DNA of 58,242 bases from assembly GCA_943354875.1 (NCBI GenBank), contig CALRDJ010000001.1, positions 1 through 58,242 on the forward strand, in the 5' to 3' direction. Position 1 is the first letter of the stretch; each line of letters starts with the position of its first letter. Made by a program: the position numbers and the translations under genes. The notes under the pieces are model-generated. The model was not told where the DNA came from. It made no database searches and saw only the letters and a program-made list of their open reading frames with translations. Source of the DNA: Candidatus Levybacteria bacterium GW2011_GWA1_37_16. GTDB taxonomy: Bacteria > Patescibacteriota > Microgenomatia > Levybacterales > UBA12049. Positions 27,495 through 36,022 of this stretch are shown piece after piece.

Positions 27495-28245
27495 GTTTTG
27501 ATTTTTTCTTCTTTGTCTCATTTGATTCCTCTATGATTTTCAGGAAGGGAGATTTAAATGTTTTTTTTAGAAGTTCTATATTCGGCATAAGACAGTGCCC
27601 TCCGATAAAACCAGGAGCAAGCACAGGCCTGAGAACATTTGGCTTAGACTCTCTATATCCTTCATTGTATGTTTTGTTAAATAAAGTAACTGCTTCATCA
27701 AACAATATGCCAAACTCCTCACACCATCTCTCCATCTCTTGATGCCAAGCAATACAAAGCGCATAGTATGTGGTGTCTAATAATTTCCCCATTTCAGTTT
27801 CTCGGGACGAAGAGAGGACGGTGGTCTGAATCCCAAGCGCATCATAATACTCCTTCGCCATTACACCAGCTTCCTTTGTGGTGGGTCCGATGAATTTCAT
27901 AAATTTTAAAAGATCCTCAGTCATTCCGGGATGAGTACCACGGATAGGAGAATGAACGAGCGGAATAGATGTTTTTTCTGCAATTTTTTCTGTAGTAAGC
28001 AAAGGAAGAGTTGAATCGATGATAACCAGATCTGGATCTGATTGCTTAATTTGAGCCAAGACAATATCTTCAAACATATCGCTGTATGGAATACAAATAT
28101 GCAACACATCGAGTTTTGTATCACCAATCTCGTCTCTGTTTAAGTCTTTTACTAAGACTGTATACTGCTTCTTAATAATAGGAAGTAACGAGGATCCAAC
28201 CTCTCCTACCCCCAAAATTCCAACAATATTATTTTTTAAATTCAT
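27487..28245 (-). CDS. Short UDP-glucose/GDP-mannose dehydrogenase-like protein lacking the C-terminal nucleotide-sugar-binding domain
   Basis: GILGVGEVGSS Rossmann motif, HICIP, DSTLPLLTT, central-domain pattern, catalytic-Cys motif GFIGGHCLMPN. Only 252 aa. Confidence 0.55.
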   Translation of the reverse strand: MNLKNNIVGILGVGEVGSSLLPIIKKQYTVLVKDLNRDEIGDTKLDVLHICIPYSDMFEDIVLAQIKQSDPDLVIIDSTLPLLTTEKIAEKTSIPLVHSPIRGTHPGMTEDLLKFMKFIGPTTKEAGVMAKEYYDALGIQTTVLSSSRETEMGKLLDTTYYALCIAWHQEMERWCEEFGILFDEAVTLFNKTYNEGYRESKPNVLRPVLAPGFIGGHCLMPNIELLKKTFKSPFLKIIEESNETKKKKSKHE

Positions 28246-28270
28246 ATGTATTTATTATAACCGAAAATAA

Positions 28271-28942
28271 CTATTTTACACACATATAAACAAGGTGAAG
28301 ATTGCTTTCCCTAAAATTACTTGTTTCTATACGAGAAAAACTCCTTCCCAGCTCTTTCCTCCACCATGACTCCTTATGATAGACAATAGATTCACCTTTG
28401 GTGGCTCGAAGAATATTTACCATTATAAATTCTCGTATTTTTTCACCCATTATTCCTATCGCATGCTCTGCATTGGGCTCAACCAAGATTAGCCTTCCGC
28501 CTTTTTTAAGAGACACTGCAATTTTTTTAAGTATTTCTTTTTGCATACCTTCTGACATGAGATATAGAACACTAATTGCTAAAACACAATCGTAATAGTC
28601 TTTTTTCTTAATCGCTGAGTTGGTAAAGTCGTGCAGAAATTCTATGTTTTTTGGAGACTGTATCTTTTTGGCTATATCAATTTTGCTTTTCGAGATATCC
28701 GTACCAACTACAGACCGTCTAAAAGAAGAAGCCCCTAAGTAAACTGCCAGAAATCCATGTCCACATCCGAGATCAAGTATTTTTCCACTCTTAGGAACCA
28801 GAGAGTCAATTTGAGCAAATGGGAATCGATTAATTCTGATAATTGCATGAAGCTTCTGAGAAAAAGATACTCTGCGATAGAGCTGAATAAGCTCAGATTT
28901 CGATAAGACACTCATAGGGAGGATCATAGCATACGATTGCAC
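28271..28942 (-). CDS. Class I SAM-dependent methyltransferase
   Basis: Motif I ILDLGCGHGF, then YDCVLAISVLYLM and GGRLILVEP. Start uncertain: GTG 28942, or ATG 28927 or 28915. Confidence 0.8.
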   Translation of the reverse strand: MQSYAMILPMSVLSKSELIQLYRRVSFSQKLHAIIRINRFPFAQIDSLVPKSGKILDLGCGHGFLAVYLGASSFRRSVVGTDISKSKIDIAKKIQSPKNIEFLHDFTNSAIKKKDYYDCVLAISVLYLMSEGMQKEILKKIAVSLKKGGRLILVEPNAEHAIGIMGEKIREFIMVNILRATKGESIVYHKESWWRKELGRSFSRIETSNFRESNLHLVYMCVK

Positions 28943-28965
28943 TCATCATCAATTCCCTTTACAAT
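28937..28965 (+). promoter_or_regulatory. Promoter candidate giving a leaderless transcript for epimerase gene 28972
   Basis: TTGCAC, 17 nt of spacer, TACAAT, then only 6 nt to ATG 28972. No SD sequence. Confidence 0.35.
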
Positions 28966-28971
28966 AGTCTC

Positions 28972-29901
28972 ATGAAATATATTGTTACTGGAGGTGCAGG
29001 ATTTATCGGATCTAATTTAACCAAACAACTTGTGGCGGATGGCCATACTGTCACAGTAATCGATAATCTTAGTACCGGGAACAAGAAAAATATAGAATCG
29101 CTTATCACCCAAATTAAATTTGTAGAAGGGAGCATACTCGATCTTCCGCTTCTGCAAGATTTGTTTCAGGAACAGGATGTGGTTTTTCATGAGGCAGCTC
29201 TACCATCTGTCGGACGATCACTAGCAGATCCCAAAACCACTACCGAGGTTAATATAAACGGCACTTTGAATGTACTTATCGCCGCTAGAGACTGTGGAAT
29301 TAAGAAAGTCGTATTTGCTTCTTCATCATCGGTATATGGAGACACAAAAGTTCTCCCAAAGGTGGAAACGATGACCCCACAACCGAAAAGCCCCTATGCA
29401 CTAACGAAATATACCGATGAACTATACTGTCAAATGTTTTCTAAATATTTTGGACTTCCTACGGCTTGCCTGAGGTATTTTAACGTTTTCGGTCCCCACC
29501 AAAGCCCAAAATCGGAATATGCTGCAGTAATACCCAGATTCATAACTGCTGCATTAAAAAATGAAAGCCCTACTATTTATGGTGATGGTGAACAAACACG
29601 TGATTTCACCTTCGTTAAAGATGTTGTGAAGGCAAATATTCTAGCAGCAGCATCAGGGGTGAACGACGGATCTGTTATGAATATTGCTTGTAATAAAAAT
29701 ACGAGTCTTAATGAACTCCTTAATAGGATTAATGCACTTCTTAAAACGAATGTGAGCCCAAGATACGAAGAAGGACGAGTAGGAGACGTGCGAGATTCAC
29801 TTGCTGATATCACGAAGGCTCATGAACTTATCGGCTACACCCCAAGCTTTACTCTTGATGATGGGCTTGCTGAAACTATTGACTGGATGAAGACACAGTA
29901 A
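28972..29901 (+). CDS. Extended SDR UDP-sugar 4-epimerase, WbpP/TviC-like
   Basis: YIVTGGAGFIGSNL, SSSSVYGD, catalytic YALTK, LRYFNVFGPHQ, YGDGEQTRDFTFVKDV. Confidence 0.75.
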   Translation: MKYIVTGGAGFIGSNLTKQLVADGHTVTVIDNLSTGNKKNIESLITQIKFVEGSILDLPLLQDLFQEQDVVFHEAALPSVGRSLADPKTTTEVNINGTLNVLIAARDCGIKKVVFASSSSVYGDTKVLPKVETMTPQPKSPYALTKYTDELYCQMFSKYFGLPTACLRYFNVFGPHQSPKSEYAAVIPRFITAALKNESPTIYGDGEQTRDFTFVKDVVKANILAAASGVNDGSVMNIACNKNTSLNELLNRINALLKTNVSPRYEEGRVGDVRDSLADITKAHELIGYTPSFTLDDGLAETIDWMKTQ

Positions 29902-30856
29902 TTGAATCTACTATAAATGTTTCCCGCCTCTGACTACTGATCGCATCATAACTAATCATATCTGCGATAAATCCAAAACCTAAAAATAGTATCCCCAAAA
30001 GTATCATCACAAACCCGAACAGCACTGTCGGAATATCATTTGAAAGATGCGCACCTAAGATGAATTTTTGAATAACGAAGTATAGAGTAATACTCATACC
30101 ACAGAGCAATGAAACCATACCCAACATGCCAAAAATATGAATAGGCCTAGCAGAGTATGTTATAAAAAATTTGACTGTCAATAAATCTAAGAATCCACGA
30201 AATATACGTGTATAGGTGTATTTCGTCTTTCCGGATACTCTCTTTCGAATATGTATAGGAACCTCAGTTACCTTAAATCCTTTCCACGCCGCGAGAATCG
30301 GAAGATATCGATGCATCTCTCCATAGAGCGGAATAACCTCCACAACCTTGCGAACAAACGCCCGCATCCCCCCAGTAGAGTCTTCTAATTTTTGGTTTGT
30401 CAGGCTTCGAATAAGCCAATTAGAAATTTTGGATGGAATAACTTTTTTAATCAGGGAGTCAGAAGCATTTCTTTCTTTTCTCCAACCACAAACCACGTGA
30501 TATCCATTTTTTAATGGCTCGATAAGAGATAGAATATCCTCAGGATCATGTTGAAGATCAGAATCCATAGTTACGATAACATCCCCCTCACTATATTCTA
30601 TCCCCGCAGCTGTAGCATTTGATTGCCCATAATTTGACAATAAAGAAACTATTTTAATGCGATCATCCTGTGAAGAAATTTTTTTTAGAACCGCTAAGCT
30701 TTCATCTGTGCTACCATCATTTACGAAAATAATTTCGTACTGTATAGTTTTTTTAAGGGTATTAGTGATCTCCTCATACAGCTTTGTGAGAGTTTCCTCT
30801 TCGTTAAATACTGGAATTATAATGGAAATTTTTCCTTTTTCAGCTGCATATTTCAT
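29876..30856 (-). CDS. GtrB/ArnC-like GT2 polyprenol-phosphate glycosyltransferase with two C-terminal TM helices
   Basis: ISIIIPVFNEEETL...VNDGSTDES, MDSDLQHDPEDI, CGWRKER. C-terminal helices HIFGMLGMVSLLCGMSITLYF and VLFGFVMILLGILFLGFGFI. Confidence 0.8.
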   Translation of the reverse strand: MKYAAEKGKISIIIPVFNEEETLTKLYEEITNTLKKTIQYEIIFVNDGSTDESLAVLKKISSQDDRIKIVSLLSNYGQSNATAAGIEYSEGDVIVTMDSDLQHDPEDILSLIEPLKNGYHVVCGWRKERNASDSLIKKVIPSKISNWLIRSLTNQKLEDSTGGMRAFVRKVVEVIPLYGEMHRYLPILAAWKGFKVTEVPIHIRKRVSGKTKYTYTRIFRGFLDLLTVKFFITYSARPIHIFGMLGMVSLLCGMSITLYFVIQKFILGAHLSNDIPTVLFGFVMILLGILFLGFGFIADMISYDAISSQRRETFIVDSITVSSSSQ

Positions 30857-30880
30857 AATAAAGTGATCATAACATATGAT

Positions 30881-31657
30881 CTAGGCTTTCACTAGCTCTC
30901 TCATCGGCACAAACATATGCCTCTTTAATAAATACTCAAAAGTATTATTTATATTTGTCCTATATATCAACATAGACAAAAACCTATTCTTTCCCGTAAC
31001 TAGTGTATATGGCATAAACTGCCAGGGATGAACGAATAAAATAGAGGAGTTCCCTTTTTTATTTTCTCTTTCTACAAATCGACTAATAAGTTTTCCAAAA
31101 AGCGCAAATGATAACCCAGATCCATATGGGATTCCCATGGAAAGAACCAAACTCATTAACGATCGAGGAAATTTCGCTGAAATGCCCAACGGTGACCAAG
31201 CCGAAACAGGAACCTCTACCATACCCCCAGTCTTAAATGGTATTCCTCCATATATCGAAGAGTCATAAGTAAATCCATAACTAGATAACACCTCAAGGCA
31301 CTCCATGGGTAGGTACATTCGTGGCGCCCTAAATCCAATCGGTTTAAATTTTTTTATAAAAATGGCCGAACGCTCCAACTCTTCCAAAAGAATCTCTTTA
31401 TTCATTATTTGCTGATGAGTATGCCCATGATAGCCGATCTCATGTCCTCTTTTTCTAATTTCATCAACTAGCTCAGGGTATTGCTCGTAAATCTCGCCTA
31501 ATATAAAGAATGTAATCTTTGTATTGTGTGTATCTAATAAATTTAATATTTGAGAAGTAGCACGAGGAGTATATCCATCGTCCCTCTTTCGCTTAAGAGG
31601 ATCTAACTCTCTATACACAAATGATTCCAAGTCTACAGATAATGAGTTTTTTATCAT
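30881..31657 (-). CDS. CE4 (NodB-homology) polysaccharide/lipid-linked-sugar deacetylase
   Basis: SVDLESF, KITFFILGEIYEQYPELV, His pair GHEIGYHGHTH. About 260 aa, similar to ArnD/LgmC and the DUF3473-type deacetylases. Confidence 0.7.
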   Translation of the reverse strand: MIKNSLSVDLESFVYRELDPLKRKRDDGYTPRATSQILNLLDTHNTKITFFILGEIYEQYPELVDEIRKRGHEIGYHGHTHQQIMNKEILLEELERSAIFIKKFKPIGFRAPRMYLPMECLEVLSSYGFTYDSSIYGGIPFKTGGMVEVPVSAWSPLGISAKFPRSLMSLVLSMGIPYGSGLSFALFGKLISRFVERENKKGNSSILFVHPWQFMPYTLVTGKNRFLSMLIYRTNINNTFEYLLKRHMFVPMRELVKA

Positions 31658-31665
31658 ATATCTGA

Positions 31666-31671
31666 ATTATA
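31666..31671 (-). promoter_or_regulatory. -10 box candidate for the CE4/GtrB-like operon
   Basis: The minus strand reads TATAAT, followed by 8 nt (tcagatat) and ATG 31657. Confidence 0.35.
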
Positions 31672-31697
31672 CTATACCTATCGATACCTAAAGCGTT

Positions 31698-31706
31698 TGA
31701 TATAAT
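31698..31706 (+). promoter_or_regulatory. Extended -10 candidate for the plus-strand block starting 31705/31714
   Basis: TGATATAAT overlaps ATG 31705. The second in-frame ATG at 31714 lies 7 nt after the hexamer, at the expected transcription start. Confidence 0.35.
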
Positions 31707-32460
31707 GAAACAGATGCTAGCTGATATTCAATACTTTCTCGAAAGACTTACACTACCTCAAAGCGATAACGCACGGAAACGCTGGGTGGCTGAGCAATTA
31801 AAGCGCCTACCGAAAGGAAGACGACTCTTGGATGCCGGCGCTGGTGAATGTCAGTACGAAAAATACTGCGAACATTTGGAATACGTAAGCCAAGATTTTG
31901 CAGGATATGATGGAGCAGGAGATGGCTCTGGACTACAAACAGGCACGAGAGATTCTTCAAAAATTGACATAATTTCAGATATCGTCTCCATGCCTGTAAA
32001 GGCAAAAGATTTTGATGCTATTCTGTGTGTGGAAGTTTTTGAACATCTCCCTGCTCCACTAGAAGCACTGAAGGAATTTTCTCGTGTGATAAAAAAAGAT
32101 GGCGTACTTATCCTAACCGCACCATTTTCCTCGCTTACTCATTACTCACCATATTACTACTACTCGGGGTTTTCGATAAACTTTTATAAAGAAAATTTGC
32201 CTAAATTTGGCTTTGAGATAGATGAAGTATATTCATATGGTAATTATTTTGATACTGTGGCGCTAGAACTTGCTCGCATCCCCTTGGTATGTATCCGGAC
32301 AATTGGCGTACTCGCTTTACCAATTCTACTAGCATATATTTTTGTCCTGCCTGCGTACATACTATTACGTGTTTTGTCATTTATCATGCCTGATTCATCG
32401 CAGCTTGCTTGTTTTGGAATTTGTATCCGTGCTCATAAAACAGCCTCTTCTATGGTATAA
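31705..32460 (+). CDS. Class I SAM-dependent methyltransferase with C-terminal membrane anchor
   Basis: Motif I LLDAGAGECQ, then DAILCVEVFEHLPAP. C-terminal hydrophobic stretch IGVLALPILLAYIFVLPAYILLRVLSFIM. ATG 31714 is the alternative start. Confidence 0.8.
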   Translation: MKQMLADIQYFLERLTLPQSDNARKRWVAEQLKRLPKGRRLLDAGAGECQYEKYCEHLEYVSQDFAGYDGAGDGSGLQTGTRDSSKIDIISDIVSMPVKAKDFDAILCVEVFEHLPAPLEALKEFSRVIKKDGVLILTAPFSSLTHYSPYYYYSGFSINFYKENLPKFGFEIDEVYSYGNYFDTVALELARIPLVCIRTIGVLALPILLAYIFVLPAYILLRVLSFIMPDSSQLACFGICIRAHKTASSMV

Positions 32461-32472
32461 TTGGCGCACAGT

Positions 32473-33459
32473 ATGGAATCTATAAAAGCATCAACGCTAC
32501 CGACTATCTCAGTGATTCTCCCTACGTACAATGCCGAAAAAGACCTAAAAAAATGTCTGGATAGTATAAAAATGCAAGATTATCCGAAAGATAAACTCGA
32601 AATACTCGTTATCGATGGTGGCAGTAAGGATAAAACACTCGAAATCGCGAAAAAATATAAAACCACTATATTATTTAATCCATTCAGGGATTGCGATGAG
32701 GGAAAAAGTATAGGTTTAAGACATGCAAAAGGCGAAATTATTGCCTTAATAGACGCAGATAATGAACTGAGCTCTCCGCAGTGGTTTAGGACAATGATTC
32801 AACCCCTTCTAGAAGACAAAACGATTTTTGGAGTCGCTTCGCCTTGGCTCATGCGAGAAGATGATCCCTCTATAAATAAATATGAAACTCTTATTAAGAT
32901 CGCAGATCCTCTAGCCAGACGCTTTCATCCCCAAATGGAAATTATCGATAAGGGTTCTTATGTGGTATATAGAGCCAAGCTTGGAGATACTCCGGTGGTA
33001 GGAGCAAATGGATTTTTGTGGAGAAGAGCAGTTATAGATTCTGTCGGTGGATATGAGCAAAAATTTGAGGAAGTAAATTTCATCGCAAGGGTTATCTCTG
33101 GAGGATATTTATCCTATGCAGAAGTAAAAGATGTCGGAATTTATCATTACTACTGCACTTCCATTTGGAGCTATATTAAAAAACGAGTCAAAATAGGAAG
33201 AAAGTTTTTGGGAAGAAAAGGCAGAAAGCAAAAAACATGGGTGGATCATGCAAATCATGATAGCTTTTTACTTGCGGTATTGTATAATATATCTATTATT
33301 GGTCCTCTATTTGAGGCCATTGGAGAATATAGAAAAAGTGGTAAGGTTGCATGGTTTTGGCATCCATTCATCTCTTGGTTAACAATTCTCGTATATGGAT
33401 ACGCAGTCATAGAATATACGGTTAAAAAAGGATTTCAAACAATAACTGCAAAAGAATAA
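32473..33459 (+). CDS. GT2-family glycosyltransferase with hydrophobic C-terminus
   Basis: ISVILPTYNAEKDL...VIDGGSKDKT, IDADNE. The ORF track begins at TTG 32461; the first ATG is 32473. Confidence 0.8.
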   Translation: MESIKASTLPTISVILPTYNAEKDLKKCLDSIKMQDYPKDKLEILVIDGGSKDKTLEIAKKYKTTILFNPFRDCDEGKSIGLRHAKGEIIALIDADNELSSPQWFRTMIQPLLEDKTIFGVASPWLMREDDPSINKYETLIKIADPLARRFHPQMEIIDKGSYVVYRAKLGDTPVVGANGFLWRRAVIDSVGGYEQKFEEVNFIARVISGGYLSYAEVKDVGIYHYYCTSIWSYIKKRVKIGRKFLGRKGRKQKTWVDHANHDSFLLAVLYNISIIGPLFEAIGEYRKSGKVAWFWHPFISWLTILVYGYAVIEYTVKKGFQTITAKE

Positions 33460-33461
33460 AT

Positions 33462-34250
33462 ATGCAAAAAGATAAACTAACTGTAGCGATCGTAGGATAT
33501 GGAGTTGTAGGGAAATCCATGCATACCCTTTTCCCTAACGCTTTAGTTTATAATGGCGAGAAAAATCCTGTCGGAGATCTCACATACGAGGATATTAACA
33601 AAGCTGACGTTTCTTTCGTATGCGTCCCAACTCCCACTAAGGAATCCGGTCATTGTGATACCTCAATCGTCGAAGATGTAGTTTCAAAACTAGAAACTTC
33701 CCTTATTATTCTCAGGTCAACTGTAGAGCCAGGAACAACAGACAAACTAAAAATAAAATACAGTAAACATATTGTTTTCTGTCCTGAATACGTAGGAGAA
33801 ACAGTTGCTCACCCGCTCACGGACGAACTCGCTCGTCAATTCTTAATTTTAGGCGGGGACAGAGAAGATACGAATAAAGCAATTGAAGTGTTTCAGTCTG
33901 TTTATAATGCTTCGGTCAAAATCAGACAAATGACTGCCATAGAAGCAGAGGTAACGAAATATTTGGAAAATAGACATATCGCATTTACTGTAGCAGAATG
34001 CAATGAAGCGTATGACTTCTGCGAAAAACTGGGTGTTGACTACAATACTGTACGCGAAGCAGTCTTTCAAGACGACCCACGCATGAGCCCCTATTGGACA
34101 TTCGTGTATCCTGATAATCGCGGATTCGCCACTAAGTGCATTCCTAAGGATGTTGATGCTATCGTTGCTAAAGCGAGAGATATCGGAAGTCCCATGGAGA
34201 TAACAGAAAAGATTTTAGAAGTAAATAAAAAATGGCGTAACCTCAAATAA
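33462..34250 (+). CDS. Short UDP-glucose/GDP-mannose dehydrogenase-like protein lacking the C-terminal nucleotide-sugar-binding domain
   Basis: AIVGYGVVGKS, FVCVPTP, RSTVEPGTT, CPEYV, central helix pattern EVTKYLENRHIAFTVAECNE, catalytic-Cys motif GFATKCIPKD. Only 262 aa. Confidence 0.6.
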   Translation: MQKDKLTVAIVGYGVVGKSMHTLFPNALVYNGEKNPVGDLTYEDINKADVSFVCVPTPTKESGHCDTSIVEDVVSKLETSLIILRSTVEPGTTDKLKIKYSKHIVFCPEYVGETVAHPLTDELARQFLILGGDREDTNKAIEVFQSVYNASVKIRQMTAIEAEVTKYLENRHIAFTVAECNEAYDFCEKLGVDYNTVREAVFQDDPRMSPYWTFVYPDNRGFATKCIPKDVDAIVAKARDIGSPMEITEKILEVNKKWRNLK

Positions 34251-34260
34251 CACTAGGCCA

Positions 34261-35046
34261 CTAGATCTTTCTCATCGTGATTGTAAAATTCATCGAATTA
34301 TCTTTTTCCTTTTGACGCATATCTAAATCCACGATCCACCACCAGAACCTATCAACGATCGGCGGAATTTCGGACCATATCATATTAATGATCCAATTAA
34401 CCATCATGCACGTATGACCATGATATGTTAAGTCTATGAGCTCAAAACTATTTTTTCTAAATTCAGCGATAAGATCCTCAGCTTTATAGTGCCTTAAGTG
34501 TCCTACATGCTTATCATTTCTTTTGTTAAGGATTTTTAGAAAGAACGCCGTGCGTTCGTACGTATTTGGAACACAAATAGAAATTATCCCACCCTTTTTC
34601 GTTAATCTACCTATGTCTGCAACCACTTTTTTATCATGAACCAGATGTTCCAGAAGTGCTATCGAACATACTCTGTCAAAACTATTAGCCGGGAGCTTCA
34701 TATTTTCTGCATCACCAACCACAAACTTCACATTTTTCTGATCTTTTGGAGAAAGTGCAACGCGGGCATATGTTTTGCAAAGCTCCACGCCTTCAGGAGA
34801 AATATCTAAGCCTACTGCGTTCATACCTCTTTTTGCTGCCTCTATAACCATAAAACCACTACCCGTACCAATATCGAGAAATTTTCCATTCTTCTTCGGA
34901 GGCATATCATGAAAAATGCGTTTTACATACGCCCGTTTCCAGCTCGTTAGGTAATTTTTATGTCTATAAGAGGAGAAAAGCTCTTTAAATATTTTAACCT
35001 GACCGCTTTTTTGCAGTGCTTCTGTTTTAGTATTACTTGAAGGCAT
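34261..35046 (-). CDS. Class I SAM-dependent methyltransferase
   Basis: Motif I FLDIGTGSGF, post-I GLDIS, then DRVCSIALLEHLVH and GGIISICVPN. Confidence 0.85.
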   Translation of the reverse strand: MPSSNTKTEALQKSGQVKIFKELFSSYRHKNYLTSWKRAYVKRIFHDMPPKKNGKFLDIGTGSGFMVIEAAKRGMNAVGLDISPEGVELCKTYARVALSPKDQKNVKFVVGDAENMKLPANSFDRVCSIALLEHLVHDKKVVADIGRLTKKGGIISICVPNTYERTAFFLKILNKRNDKHVGHLRHYKAEDLIAEFRKNSFELIDLTYHGHTCMMVNWIINMIWSEIPPIVDRFWWWIVDLDMRQKEKDNSMNFTITMRKI

Positions 35047-36007
35047 AATGATTTCCTGACAAAAACTCGATATCTTCTATAATCGCCCCTTTTGATTTCG
35101 CTAGTTCTCCCACACGCGCAGGGTTAAAAAGACCTGCAGGATTTTCCTGAAAAGCAATAAGTAGATGCTTAGCGTCAAACCAATTACGTTTCATGACATA
35201 ATCTTGCGAATACTTCGAACTCTCAGAAAGGGCCCATGTAGATATAAAAAGATCTGCTTTTATTTTCAACTTATCCAAAAAATTAAGTGGAACAATGTTT
35301 ATCTTCCCCTTTTTAATTTGATCGGTATTTTTTAAAAGCAGGTTCACATTTCTCTCCCCAAATATCGTAGAAAGAAAGATCCATTGAAGACAACTAAATA
35401 GAGGAGTATCGATCATAACATACGTACTGCTACCACTAAGATGCTTTCTTAGAATTCTTATCATACTTCCGTACCCCCCACCCCATTCAACTATAGTTTT
35501 TAACTCTGAAGGCTTTGTATTTGTAGTATTGAGAAATTTAATAAAATGATATAGGTGATGTACTGCTGTATGAGAGGTTAAATATTTTGTGTCAAACAAT
35601 AATGGATCACCCACATAATCCTCTTCAAGTAAGTTTCTCAACTCACTCTTGGACACCTTTTTCTCTAAAAACGCCATCTCATGTCGAAGCCACTTGCCTC
35701 CGCTAGTAGCGAACATAGTATACATAATTCCGGGATCACGGAGAAAAGAAAAAGAGGGGTTTGGTAAAAGAGCGCTTTCAACTCGTCCATTGTATTTCTT
35801 CCAAAGCGGAGTTGTGAATTTATCCATGTTCTGATCGCTCAATGTTTTATAAAAACCCTCAAACTTACTACTAAGCTTGTCAAACGCTAATCTTTGTTTC
35901 CCTTTTTTCTCAGCAAGTACTTGCTGAGCTCCGTGCATTTTCAACCTGAGGAACTGATATCGTGTCAGTCGAAGAACTTGAGAAACATTCTCTAGAATTT
36001 CATCCAT
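35033..36007 (-). CDS. Hypothetical protein with cryptic Rossmann/SAM-methyltransferase-like motif (possible sugar O-methyltransferase)
   Basis: The only recognisable element is IVEWGGGYGSMIRIL followed by the acidic strand end YVMIDTP. The ORF track starts at TTG 36025; ATG 36007 is preferred because a TATAAT box lies 9 nt upstream. Confidence 0.35.
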   Translation of the reverse strand: MDEILENVSQVLRLTRYQFLRLKMHGAQQVLAEKKGKQRLAFDKLSSKFEGFYKTLSDQNMDKFTTPLWKKYNGRVESALLPNPSFSFLRDPGIMYTMFATSGGKWLRHEMAFLEKKVSKSELRNLLEEDYVGDPLLFDTKYLTSHTAVHHLYHFIKFLNTTNTKPSELKTIVEWGGGYGSMIRILRKHLSGSSTYVMIDTPLFSCLQWIFLSTIFGERNVNLLLKNTDQIKKGKINIVPLNFLDKLKIKADLFISTWALSESSKYSQDYVMKRNWFDAKHLLIAFQENPAGLFNPARVGELAKSKGAIIEDIEFLSGNHYAFK

Positions 36008-36016
36008 AATTTGACA

Positions 36017-36022
36017 ATTATA
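36017..36022 (-). promoter_or_regulatory. -10 box candidate for the minus-strand operon starting at 36007
   Basis: The minus strand reads TATAAT, followed by 9 nt (tgtcaaatt) and ATG 36007. Confidence 0.35.

Noticed and set aside
36011..36016. Perfect TTGACA hexamer as the -35 element for the rfbH-like gene promoter.
   Set aside because: The spacer to the TATAAT at 36039 is 22 nt, well outside the functional 16-18 nt range. The TGn extension makes a -35 element unnecessary. The hexamer also overlaps the opposite-strand leader.
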